A stretch of 64,000 bases of DNA from contig JAYTPC010000138.1 in NCBI GenBank assembly GCA_043747425.1, forward strand, positions 21,271-85,270, in the 5' to 3' direction. Under the pieces are notes generated by a model that worked only from the letters and a program-made list of their open reading frames with translations, was not told the origin of the DNA and ran no database searches. Of the stretch, positions 38,317-47,065 are shown one piece after another. Positions within the stretch are counted from its first letter, which is position 1; the number at the start of each line of letters is the position of its first letter. This DNA is from Bdellovibrionales bacterium (GTDB lineage Bacteria; Bdellovibrionota; Bdellovibrionia; Bdellovibrionales; Bdellovibrionaceae). The translations under genes and the position numbers were made by a program.

Positions 38317-38610
38317 TTATAATTTATTTTTTTTAAATAATGCTTCGGCCGCAGCTTTTAACTGCGCTGCTTTGTCTTCCAAAGCATCTGCAGAGCTTCT
38401 GGCGCTGAAAAAGTCACAAAAATTAGACTTTTCTTTTTCTCTGACCACATCTGCCGAAGGTTCTCGGCATTCATTGTACGCTTTTGAGTCGTAAAATTCA
38501 CAGTTTTTACAAACGTGCAGGTCAGCACGACAGTGGCTGCACTCTTCACGAAAACCAATCTTACTTTGGCTTGTAGTCACTTTTTTACATGAAAAACAAT
38601 GAACAACCAT
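38317..38610 (-). CDS. Small Cys-rich zinc-ribbon-like protein
   Basis: 97 aa with CFSC...CSHC...CKNC...C...C spacing. It lies downstream of glpX with a 3-nt gap. Confidence 0.55.
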   Translation of the reverse strand: MVVHCFSCKKVTTSQSKIGFREECSHCRADLHVCKNCEFYDSKAYNECREPSADVVREKEKSNFCDFFSARSSADALEDKAAQLKAAAEALFKKNKL

Positions 38611-38613
38611 TTT

Positions 38614-39579
38614 TTAGCTGTGACCTTTTTTGACAGAAAAATTATGATACGCATCGATTGTACGTATCGTTCCGGTTTGTGACCGCATCACAATCGATTG
38701 AGTGCGCGCACGTCCTCCCGCTAAAAGTTTGACTCCTTTTAACAGCGGCCCATCAGTAATTCCTGTAGCACAAAAAATTACTGGGCCTCGAGCTAGCTCT
38801 TCTAAGGTTAATTTTTTATCCAAATCAACAAGCCCCATTTTTCGGGCCCGCTCTTTTTCATTTTCATTTCTAAATTTTAGACGCCCTTGAAAATCCCCAC
38901 CCATACAACGCATAGCTGCTGCAGAGATGACTCCTTCGGGCGCGCCACCAATTCCCATCAGTAAATCAATGCCAGACTCTGCCCAGGCCGTTGCAACAGC
39001 GGCTGAAACATCGCCGTCATCGATCAGATGAATGCGGGCTCCGGTTTTACGAACTTCAGCAATCAATTCTTGATGTCTCGGGCGATTTAAAATAACAACG
39101 GTCACATCACCGATCGGTTTCTTATTCCCTTCAGCCACCCGATTTACATTCTCTGTAGCGGATAGATCGATATCAATGAGTCCGCGAGCATTCGGACCGG
39201 TTGCAATTTTATCCATGTAAGTATCTGGCGCATGTAAAAATCCACCATGTTCGGCGGCCGCAATCACAGATATAGCACCCACGCCGCCTGTTGCACAAAT
39301 CGTTGTGCCTTCCAGCGGATCCAGCGCAATATCAATCGCCGGAGAGTCTTCTTTTTTAAGGCCCACTTTTTCACCAATAAATAACATTGGAGCTTCGTCC
39401 CGCTCGCCTTCACCTATCACGACGGTTCCATCGATGCGCACAGAGTCGAATGCTTTCCTCATGGCATCTACGGCTGCTTGATCCGCTGCCTTTTCGTCAC
39501 CGCGACCCATCCATTTTGCAGAAGACAGCGCTGCAGCTTCTGTGATGCGCACAAATTCTAAAGCCAGGTTTCGATCCAT
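38614..39579 (-). CDS. glpX: Fructose-1,6-bisphosphatase class II
   Basis: 321 aa with MDRNLALEFVRITEAAAL, IGEGERDEAPML and DPLEGTT motifs. Confidence 0.95.
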   Translation of the reverse strand: MDRNLALEFVRITEAAALSSAKWMGRGDEKAADQAAVDAMRKAFDSVRIDGTVVIGEGERDEAPMLFIGEKVGLKKEDSPAIDIALDPLEGTTICATGGVGAISVIAAAEHGGFLHAPDTYMDKIATGPNARGLIDIDLSATENVNRVAEGNKKPIGDVTVVILNRPRHQELIAEVRKTGARIHLIDDGDVSAAVATAWAESGIDLLMGIGGAPEGVISAAAMRCMGGDFQGRLKFRNENEKERARKMGLVDLDKKLTLEELARGPVIFCATGITDGPLLKGVKLLAGGRARTQSIVMRSQTGTIRTIDAYHNFSVKKGHS

Positions 39580-39965
39580 AATTCTTTCTCCACTAAGTTA
39601 ATAAAATTTCTATCAAAACGGCTGACCTTAAAATCTTTATCCATTCGGCAGTGCACGGTCTTAATCAGCGCAGTGATCTTGTCGTTTGTTTTCAATCTGT
39701 ACTGAAAATACAATTTTGCTTTTATAAGCTGAGCTTCCATTTCAATTGTAAGGTGGTCACCGAAACGCAGCGGGCTTACATGCCGCACTTGAGTTTCATA
39801 CACTGTTAAGAAAAATATGGAATCCGTAGAATTTGTGATGATTTTTTTTGACCGACACCATTCAACACGCGCCTCTTCACAAAATCGTAAGTAGTTCGAA
39901 TGATGAACTATTCCCATCAGATCTGTTTCATAGACATGTATTTGGCGTTGATATTGAAACATCAA
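39558..39965 (-). CDS. Acyl-CoA thioesterase, hotdog fold (YbgC/4HBT-like)
   Basis: 135 aa with VYETDLMGIVHHSNYLRFCEEAR. Confidence 0.8.
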   Translation of the reverse strand: MMFQYQRQIHVYETDLMGIVHHSNYLRFCEEARVEWCRSKKIITNSTDSIFFLTVYETQVRHVSPLRFGDHLTIEMEAQLIKAKLYFQYRLKTNDKITALIKTVHCRMDKDFKVSRFDRNFINLVEKELWIETWL

Positions 39966-40012
39966 GTTAGCTTGACAGAGCTTGGTGTTGCAAACAACAC
40001 TTTACGAATTGC

Positions 40013-40570
40013 ATGAGCACTTTACCGCTAATATTAACTGTTTCTAGAATTGTTTTGGTTGTTCCCACAGCGTATTTTATGGCGGTGGATACAAACTGGA
40101 GTCGCGCTTTAGCCACTGTATTATTTGTTATTGCTTCGATCACAGACTACTACGACGGTTATTATGCTAGAAAATTAAATGCAGTTTCAAATTTGGGTAA
40201 ATTTTTAGATCCGGTGGCAGATAAAATTCTGGTCAGCAGTGTGCTTATATTATTACTTATCCAAAACTTAATTGATCCATGGATGGTCATCTTGTTCGTC
40301 GCCCGAGATACGATTATTGGTGGTGTTCGTGCAGCTGCATCTGCAGATGGCGTGATCATCGATGCCCAAACGACTGGCAAATGGAAAGCGGCTCTGCAAA
40401 TGATTGCTATTCCATTTATAATCTTGAACGATTTACACCCCAGCTTTCCGAACAGGAACATTGGCTATGGACTTCTATGGCTCAGTGTATTACTGAGTCT
40501 TAAAAGCGGTTTTGATTATTGCGCGGTTTATTATACGGGCTTACAAAAGCTAAAAAAGCCAAACGTCTAG
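40013..40570 (+). CDS. pgsA: CDP-diacylglycerol--glycerol-3-phosphate 3-phosphatidyltransferase
   Basis: 185 aa, multi-TM, with the CDP-alcohol phosphatidyltransferase motif DYYDGYYARKL...G..LDPVADK. Confidence 0.9.
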   Translation: MSTLPLILTVSRIVLVVPTAYFMAVDTNWSRALATVLFVIASITDYYDGYYARKLNAVSNLGKFLDPVADKILVSSVLILLLIQNLIDPWMVILFVARDTIIGGVRAAASADGVIIDAQTTGKWKAALQMIAIPFIILNDLHPSFPNRNIGYGLLWLSVLLSLKSGFDYCAVYYTGLQKLKKPNV

Positions 40571-40732
40571 GCGGGTGTTATGTTGTTTTACATGCAGATG
40601 CGAAATTGGTTTTTAATATTTTTAATGTTAACTGTTATATACTTAATTCAACAAAAATCTGGTCCGGTAAATAGAATATCTTACCGTGCTTCTATTCCAT
40701 CATTTACAATAATTAGGTAGCGAGCCCTTAAG

Positions 40733-40936
40733 ATGCAATTGATAAAAAGACAATATTTCTGGATCAAAACTTTATTTCTTGAAATGAAAGCCACATGGAA
40801 AACTGCAGGCTTAAAGGGTTTGTACAACAAATACGGTTTTAAGCTTTTTGCTGCATTTTTTATTTACTATTTAGTTCGTGATAGTTTTTTGTACATACTT
40901 CTTCCATGGTATTTTGCAAACCAACTTTTAAGGTAA
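40733..40936 (+). CDS. Possible small membrane protein
   Basis: 67-aa track ORF with one hydrophobic helix. No other support. Confidence 0.3.
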   Translation: MQLIKRQYFWIKTLFLEMKATWKTAGLKGLYNKYGFKLFAAFFIYYLVRDSFLYILLPWYFANQLLR

Positions 40937-40945
40937 AGACGTTTT

Positions 40946-41395
40946 CTAATTCATCATAAAAAAGAACTTCAGCGCACTTAAAAATCCACCGTCGTTAGGC
41001 ACTTGGTCACAAGCTGTAAAATTTCTTAATAAGCGCGCATTGTGGTTGGTCATCCCTTTGTCTAACATGCGCCATGGTGGGTAAGGAAAGTAGGCTGCAA
41101 TCACGCAATTTCCTTTGGAAACTGCCGCCCACTGACGATCTTCGCTAGACGCCATGTGAATTTCGCCGGTGAACCGATCTTTGATCGCAACAGAGAATGA
41201 AAATACCTGCGGATTTAAAGTTTGCTGAGTGTTACCAATAATCGCTAACGGCCCACTGACACGTTCGCTAGCAACAACTTCACCAACAATTTTTGTTTTG
41301 AAAATAAAGGACCAGTTGGCCATGAAAACCCAAGCAAATAACACAACTATTCCAACGCGCAAAAACCATTTTTTAAAGACCAGTAAATATGTCAT
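40946..41395 (-). CDS. Hypothetical membrane-anchored protein
   Basis: Track ORF 40946..41479. I prefer the ATG at 41395 (MTYLLVFKKWFLRVGIVVLF...), which has a GGAG just upstream and does not collide with rny. No family recognised. Confidence 0.5.
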   Translation of the reverse strand: MTYLLVFKKWFLRVGIVVLFAWVFMANWSFIFKTKIVGEVVASERVSGPLAIIGNTQQTLNPQVFSFSVAIKDRFTGEIHMASSEDRQWAAVSKGNCVIAAYFPYPPWRMLDKGMTNHNARLLRNFTACDQVPNDGGFLSALKFFFMMN

Positions 41396-41494
41396 ATCTC
41401 CACTTATAAACTCAGTAACGCGGCTTGTATAGTGTTTTGCGCATTGTTCCGTTTTCAACAAACCGATACGATGAAGCATAACTCGAAGGACAAC

Positions 41495-43108
41495 ATGACA
41501 ATCTTTATTTATTTATTTATCGGTATTGCAATCGGATCTACTGTTATTGCAAGCCTATTTTATTTCGTTCGCAGACACATTTTAAGTGAGGCAAAAAAAG
41601 AAGCCTTGGAATTGGTTCAAGAAGCCCAAGATCAATTCAACTTAGACGAGCAAGAACGCCAGCAAAAAATCGAAGAAATCGAACTGGATCTTTGGTCTAA
41701 AGTGGAAGAGCACCATTTGCTGCTAGAGCAAAAATGTGAAGATTTAGAACTTCTGGTGCAGACAAAAAAAACCACCCAAGAGGAAACAGCAAAAGCAGCA
41801 CGTGCGGTGTTAATTCAAAAAGAAAATGAGTTGCGTGAACATTCTATCAAATTAAGCGTCGTTCAAGCCGAATTTAAAAAAAATCAGGAAAATAAACTAG
41901 CACAGGAAAATAACTACAAAACAGTACTGCTAGAAAAAACTCAGCAGATCGAAAAAGAAGTCTTAGAAGGCCTAAGTCAAAAATTAATATCTGAAGCAGA
42001 GTATATGTCCGCACAAAAAATGGAAATACAAGAATCTGAAACCAAAGAATTTGCAGAGCAAAAAGCAAAACGAGTTCTTGGTCTTTGTATTGACCGCTTC
42101 GCTAAGGAAATGAGCGTCGAACGTGGTATTTCTTCAAGTCATTTCCCAACCGAAGATGTGCGTGCGCTGTTTTGTCAAAATTTAAAGGAACTCGTTGCTG
42201 TTATTCAAGCAGCCAGCGGTTGTGACATTCACATTGAGGAAAACCCCGATCCAGATCGTTGGCATTACATCCAAATTATTGGCTACGATCCCGTTCGTAG
42301 GGAACTGACCCGCCGAATTTTTGAGAAAACTTTTAAAGATATAGAAAAGTTTAAGCGTGCACCAAAGCCAGCAGACTTACAAAAAACGGCTGAGAATATA
42401 AAAACAGAATTACTAAGACAAATTAAACGAGACGGCGATAATATCGCCAAAGAACTTGGTTTGCAAAACCTTCACCCTGAAGTTCGTCAAGTGATGGGGT
42501 CTTTACGTTTTCGCTATTCGTACACACAGAATCAATATTTTCACTGCGCTGAAGTGGGTTGGTTTGCTGGCCTTCTAGGGGGTGAACTTGGTATTGATCC
42601 GAAAAAATCTCGCCGAGTCGGAATGCTTCATGACCTTGGAAAAGCATTAGATCACGAACTTGATGGCAGTCACGCCGTCATTGGTGCTGATTTCATCGCA
42701 GCCAGAAACGAAGAACGTGACGTTATTCATGCGGTACGCGCGCATCACTATGATGTGCAGCCTGAGAACGATTATGACTTTTTAGTTATTGCTGCAGATG
42801 CTATTTCTGGTGGCCGACCCGGCGCACGAAGAAGCACCATGGAAACCTACACGCAAAAAGTTTCTGGCCTACAAGAGATTTCGAAAAGATACCCGGGCGT
42901 TACGGATGTGTTCGTTTTAAATGGCGGACGAGAATGCCGCGTCTTGGTGAATTCTAAAGTGGTCGATGATTTAACCGCCTTGAAATTATCAGAACAGATT
43001 GCAAAGACCATCGAAGAGGAAATGCAATATCCTGGACAGATTAAAGTGGTTGTTGTCAGAGAATCGATAGTTTCAGAAAGCACATCTGGTAAGAACGCGA
43101 ATCGATAG
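41495..43108 (+). CDS. rny: Ribonuclease Y
   Basis: N-terminal TM helix (MTIFIYLFIGIAIGSTVIASL), a long coiled coil, a KH region and the HD domain (GMLHDLGKALDHE, RAHH). The start is chosen at the ATG before the TM helix. Track ORF starts at 41432. Confidence 0.9.
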   Translation: MTIFIYLFIGIAIGSTVIASLFYFVRRHILSEAKKEALELVQEAQDQFNLDEQERQQKIEEIELDLWSKVEEHHLLLEQKCEDLELLVQTKKTTQEETAKAARAVLIQKENELREHSIKLSVVQAEFKKNQENKLAQENNYKTVLLEKTQQIEKEVLEGLSQKLISEAEYMSAQKMEIQESETKEFAEQKAKRVLGLCIDRFAKEMSVERGISSSHFPTEDVRALFCQNLKELVAVIQAASGCDIHIEENPDPDRWHYIQIIGYDPVRRELTRRIFEKTFKDIEKFKRAPKPADLQKTAENIKTELLRQIKRDGDNIAKELGLQNLHPEVRQVMGSLRFRYSYTQNQYFHCAEVGWFAGLLGGELGIDPKKSRRVGMLHDLGKALDHELDGSHAVIGADFIAARNEERDVIHAVRAHHYDVQPENDYDFLVIAADAISGGRPGARRSTMETYTQKVSGLQEISKRYPGVTDVFVLNGGRECRVLVNSKVVDDLTALKLSEQIAKTIEEEMQYPGQIKVVVVRESIVSESTSGKNANR

Positions 43109-43172
43109 ATACCGTGCTGCGCTCCGTTCTCTAAAGAATCGATCTTTGTAAGATGTTAAGTAATTCGAACGG

Positions 43173-43200
43173 GACTTCTGATTGTGTACAATCAGAAGTC
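43173..43200. terminator. Perfect 12-bp stem hairpin between convergent rny and fadE
   Basis: GACTTCTGATTG-TGTA-CAATCAGAAGTC read directly. There is no flanking U-tract, so function as an intrinsic terminator is uncertain. Confidence 0.5.
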
Positions 43201-43264
43201 AACCAACGAACCACCTCACGCAGTCAAAACACCATACCTGTTGAGGCGGTATGTATCACTAAAG

Positions 43265-45763
43265 TTATTTTATTTTTTCTTGGTAAGCAGTCTCTGTAAA
43301 ATCATCGACCAAAATAGCATCGTAACGAACTTTGTCGGCTTCACCCAGTAATTTGAATTCAATATCTGAAATAATCTTTTTGGCAAAAGCATCATCCCAT
43401 GAAGCAGGGCCTTTTTTCTTTGCAATAGCTCCGGATTTAATGGCTGCACGTATCTTTTTCTCTGCAGCTTCTGCTTTAGTAACAATATTAAATGCGTGCT
43501 CTAATCTGGCCGTTTGATCACCCAGCGCTGCTCTTGCTTTTACTTCTGCTTCACCGTGAGTTGATTCCATCACCCAATAAATTCCGTCCGACAAACGATC
43601 TCTTTGTGCACCTGCTTTTAGCATGCTGGATGTAATCAAATGAGACCATCCATCTGTTGCTTGCGATTCAATTGAATTAATCCTAGACCATGCCCCTAGA
43701 ACGCCCTTGAAAAACCAACGTAAGCCCGGAATTTTTAAATTATCAAACAGGCCATCAAAACCTTTTTGAATTTCACACATTGAATTTTTTAGGAAAAATT
43801 GCAAATAAGGCAGATCTTCCTCGGGTTGCCCGTCTTCTTTAAAACGGCGAAGCGCACAGGTTGCCATGTACATATGAGAAAAAATATCTGCAAATCGGCC
43901 AGTAATTTTTTCTTTCGATTTCAACTGACCACCCAGTGAGCCCATTGCTATGTCAGCTAAAATGGCAAATGTCGCCGATGCCCACGTTAGTCTTCGGTAA
44001 TGAATACGAATTTTTGTGTGCGTCCCGCTTGGCGCTAACGCTAAATAACCACGACTTAATGACAACAAAATCGAACGACATAAATTACGAACCACGTGAC
44101 CGATATGACCCCAAAACGCGCGGTCGAAATTTTTTACGTTTCCAGCTTCAATCGCAGCCACTTCATCAAACGCAAATGGATGACATCGTAAAGCCCCTTG
44201 GCCAAAAACAATCAAAGTGCGCGTCATGATATTTGCACCCTCAACAGTAATACCAATGGGTGTTGCTATGTAACCTTCAGCGATCAAGTTTCTTGATCCC
44301 AAAGAAATTCCCGCGCCACCCATGACATCCATTGCATCATTCACAACTCGGCGGCCCATTTCTGTACACTGATATTTAATCATCGCGGTCACGACCGGTG
44401 GTTTTAAACCTTTATCTAAAGCACCTAATGTAAAGCGGCGCACAGCTTCTAAGCCGTAAGTCGTTGCACCAATTCGTGCTAGCGGTTCTTCGACACCCTC
44501 AAATTTTCCGATGCTGACACCAAATTGTTTTCGAATTAATGCATGAGATGATGCTGTTCTAAACGCAAGCTTAGATCCACCCGTTGACTGAGCCGGTAAC
44601 GATACTCCGCGACCTGCAGCCAGACATTCCATCAACATAGTCCAACCCTGACCAACGCCTTTTAAACCACCAACAACGGCGTCTTCTAGAACAACCTCAA
44701 CATCTTTTCCGGTTGTTGGACAATTATGAAACGGGATTGTCAGAGGATCGTGTCTTCGACCAATTTCAACTCCTGGAGTTTTTGATGGAATCAAAGCACA
44801 CGTGATGCCTAGATCCTCAACGGATCCTAATAACTTATCGGGATCACGCAAACGAAAAGCTAGACCAATAACCGTTGAAATAGAAGCTAAAGTGATCCAG
44901 CGCTTATTCCAGTTGATACGCACTGCTAATTTTCCATCTGCGTTTTTAAACACAATACCTGTAGAAGTGATGGATCCCGCATCAGAACCAGCAGTGGGCT
45001 CAGTTAAACCAAAACATGGAATTTCAGAACCGTTCGCCAAGCGCGGAAGCCAGTATTTTTTTTGTGCGTCTGTTCCGTAATGAATAAGAAGCTCTGCAGG
45101 GCCTAAAGAATTCGGAACCATGACGGTGATTGATAAAGGTAAAGATCTGGATGCAATCTTCATGACCACTTCAGAGTGTGCCATCGCTGTAAAACCCAAC
45201 CCACCATATTCTTTCGGAATGATCATTCCGAAAAAACCTTTTTGCTTTAAAAAGTCGATCACGTTGGCTGGAATATCACGATTTTTCCAGATTTTCCAGG
45301 GCTCAGAAAGTTTACAAAGCTCTTCAACAGGGCCCTTCATAAAAATTACTTCTTCAGCTGTCAGTTTTCCGTACGGCTCTTTCATGATTTCAGTGAAATT
45401 CGGTTTGCCAGAAAATAAATCTTTCTCGATCCACACGACACCTGCTTCAAGTGCGGTTCTTTCAGTCGTAGAAATTTTTGGAACAACGCCCAACTTTTGC
45501 ATGATCTTCATAACAATACTGGAAATAACTACGGCTCTTAATGGCTTCACCAAAAAGACAAACACAATGACCAAAAAAGATATTAGAATTGGTTCCGACA
45601 CGCCGAAACCAATCAAAAGCAAAGATATAACTGCAGACCAAATAATGAGTGGAAGGCCAAAGAAACCCAGAAAGAGAAGCACAAAAACAGAGGCCAAAAT
45701 AGACTGCCAAATAGGCACTGAATTTACCAGATAACCATAACATGCACCAAAAATAGATTCCAC
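43265..45763 (-). CDS. fadE: Long-form acyl-CoA dehydrogenase (FadE type)
   Basis: 832 aa with N-terminal TM helices, an ACAD core (FGLTEPTAGSDAGS, GGAGI) and a long C-terminal extension, as in E. coli FadE. Confidence 0.88.
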   Translation of the reverse strand: MESIFGACYGYLVNSVPIWQSILASVFVLLFLGFFGLPLIIWSAVISLLLIGFGVSEPILISFLVIVFVFLVKPLRAVVISSIVMKIMQKLGVVPKISTTERTALEAGVVWIEKDLFSGKPNFTEIMKEPYGKLTAEEVIFMKGPVEELCKLSEPWKIWKNRDIPANVIDFLKQKGFFGMIIPKEYGGLGFTAMAHSEVVMKIASRSLPLSITVMVPNSLGPAELLIHYGTDAQKKYWLPRLANGSEIPCFGLTEPTAGSDAGSITSTGIVFKNADGKLAVRINWNKRWITLASISTVIGLAFRLRDPDKLLGSVEDLGITCALIPSKTPGVEIGRRHDPLTIPFHNCPTTGKDVEVVLEDAVVGGLKGVGQGWTMLMECLAAGRGVSLPAQSTGGSKLAFRTASSHALIRKQFGVSIGKFEGVEEPLARIGATTYGLEAVRRFTLGALDKGLKPPVVTAMIKYQCTEMGRRVVNDAMDVMGGAGISLGSRNLIAEGYIATPIGITVEGANIMTRTLIVFGQGALRCHPFAFDEVAAIEAGNVKNFDRAFWGHIGHVVRNLCRSILLSLSRGYLALAPSGTHTKIRIHYRRLTWASATFAILADIAMGSLGGQLKSKEKITGRFADIFSHMYMATCALRRFKEDGQPEEDLPYLQFFLKNSMCEIQKGFDGLFDNLKIPGLRWFFKGVLGAWSRINSIESQATDGWSHLITSSMLKAGAQRDRLSDGIYWVMESTHGEAEVKARAALGDQTARLEHAFNIVTKAEAAEKKIRAAIKSGAIAKKKGPASWDDAFAKKIISDIEFKLLGEADKVRYDAILVDDFTETAYQEKIK

Positions 45764-45974
45764 AGTTGCGCTCCTTGAAGAGTTTTAAGAGAAGACTTAT
45801 TTATGTCTTAATTGGAGCATGGGTTGAACGATATTGGCAAGTCGAGCGATAACTCTAGACGTGAACCGGACGCTTAGTCTCAAATATAAATCGCGCTGAA
45901 ACTTTATCAGTTAAAGCGCGATTTATTATGAAACACCTAGAGACACCTAGAGTGTTTGCCCCAGTAAACATTTT

Positions 45975-46004
45975 CTCGGCTAATCGCAGCCGAGCTTTTT
46001 TTTT
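45975..46004 (+). terminator. Rho-independent terminator oriented on the plus strand
   Basis: CTCGGCT-AATCGC-AGCCGAG followed by C and nine T (45996-46004). On the minus strand the hairpin is followed by AAAATG, so it is directional. Confidence 0.65.
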
Positions 46005-46019
46005 ACTGAGTCCAGATAA

Positions 46020-46211
46020 CTACTTCGTTTCAGTAGCAGGTTGAGCAGTTGTCGTTGCAGCCGGAGTTGCATCAACCGGAGCTGCTGGTGTGTCCATAGG
46101 AGGAGCAGTCTCAGTCGGAGCTGCTGCTTGCTGAGGAGCATTTTTAGAACATGTAAAGCCCGTTGCGAAACATAAAACCAAAAGCACTACGGATACAGTC
46201 ATTTTTTTCAT
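46020..46211 (-). CDS. Small secreted Ala/Pro/Thr-rich protein (possible lipoprotein)
   Basis: 63 aa with a signal peptide (MKKMTVSVVLLVLCFATGFTC), followed by a low-complexity APT-rich tail. Confidence 0.55.
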   Translation of the reverse strand: MKKMTVSVVLLVLCFATGFTCSKNAPQQAAAPTETAPPMDTPAAPVDATPAATTTAQPATETK

Positions 46212-46340
46212 GAATTTCCCTTCAAAGGTTTATCGTTCATTGTTTTTTTATAAAATACCTAAAACTCACACCGTTGCCAAACGGTTTTTCAAGTCATTTA
46301 TTATTTGGCTTCGACTTCATTTTCGCACTACGATACTAAA

Positions 46341-47042
46341 ATGCAAAAAAATGACAGCTTCAGCAATATTTTATTCAACATCCTTATCCCCGTTCTTATT
46401 CTAAATAAAGGACACAAGTTATTTGGCCTAGAACCCAAATGGGCAGTCGTATTAGCGTTAGCATTCCCCGTCTTTTTTTCGCTTAAATCTTTGATTGATT
46501 CCAAAAAAATAAACTATATTGCTATACTTGGATTATTGAACGTTTTGGTATCAGGCACTTTAACGTTATTATCTTTGGGTGGTATTTGGTTTGCGTTGAA
46601 AGAGGCCGCCTTTCCGCTTTTAATAGGCATATTTGTATTTATCTCTAGCTGGACAAAGAAACCCTTTTTCAAAACCTTGTTTATGAACCCGGCCACTTTT
46701 GATATTCAAAAAATTGAATCAAGACTTGAGACTGTCCTTAAGAAAAACCAGTTCGAACTTTTGATGAAGCACACAACTCAACTGCTTTCGGTTTCTTTTC
46801 TGATGAGTGCTGTGCTTAATTTCGTTCTATCTTTGCGAATTTTCACACCACTGCCGGAAGCATTTACAGAACCCGAAAAACAACAGCTTCTGAATGAACA
46901 ACTTGGTCAAATGACTATTTATTCCCTAGGGGTCATTCTAGTTCCATCGATCCTGTTTCTCGGAGCCATCATGTACTATGCGTTCAGACGCATTCATCAG
47001 CTGACTGGACTCACAACTGAGGATTTAATTTTAAAATCTTAA
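46341..47042 (+). CDS. Hypothetical polytopic inner-membrane protein
   Basis: The track ORF starts at 46305. The ATG at 46341 gives MQKNDSFSNILFNILIPVLILNKG followed by 5-6 predicted TM helices. No confident family. Confidence 0.6.
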   Translation: MQKNDSFSNILFNILIPVLILNKGHKLFGLEPKWAVVLALAFPVFFSLKSLIDSKKINYIAILGLLNVLVSGTLTLLSLGGIWFALKEAAFPLLIGIFVFISSWTKKPFFKTLFMNPATFDIQKIESRLETVLKKNQFELLMKHTTQLLSVSFLMSAVLNFVLSLRIFTPLPEAFTEPEKQQLLNEQLGQMTIYSLGVILVPSILFLGAIMYYAFRRIHQLTGLTTEDLILKS

Positions 47043-47065
47043 TTTCTTCAAAGTTTAGACAGTAA

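Noticed and set aside
40580-40729. A 49-codon ORF (MLFYMQMRNWFLIFLMLTVIYLIQ...) just downstream of pgsA. It might be a small membrane protein.
   Set aside because: It is too short and hydrophobic-by-composition in AT-rich DNA to support without conservation or ribosome-profiling data.
43241-43255. An exact 15-mer, TTGAGGCGGTATGTA, occurs twice (43241-43255 and 55942-55956). Each copy lies a few nt downstream of the stop of a minus-strand gene (fadE and the GDPD gene). I considered a dispersed repeat or shared terminator element.
   Set aside because: In a 64-kb window about one chance 15-mer coincidence is expected. The flanks share only a further CCGTTCTC-like patch at different spacing, and the local hairpins differ. 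This is not enough for a repeat family without a genome-wide count.
45120-45734. Long antisense ORFs in the track. Examples: 45120..45734 (+, 204 aa inside fadE), 47184..47696 and 47086..47475 (+, inside the polyproline gene), 28197..28625 (+, across mnmA and the desulfurase), 59224..59610 (-, over the nrnA 5' end), 14233..14544 and 20073..20348.
   Set aside because: Each lies fully opposite a gene with strong family motifs. They have low-complexity or odd composition and no recognisable motifs. Such shadow ORFs are expected opposite real genes.
46270-46289. A short hairpin, ACCGTT-GCCA-AACGGT, followed by TTTTT between the divergent 46211 and 46341 genes. I considered an attenuator.
   Set aside because: The stem is only 6 bp, there is no upstream transcript to terminate, and it is weak compared with the 45975-46004 terminator.
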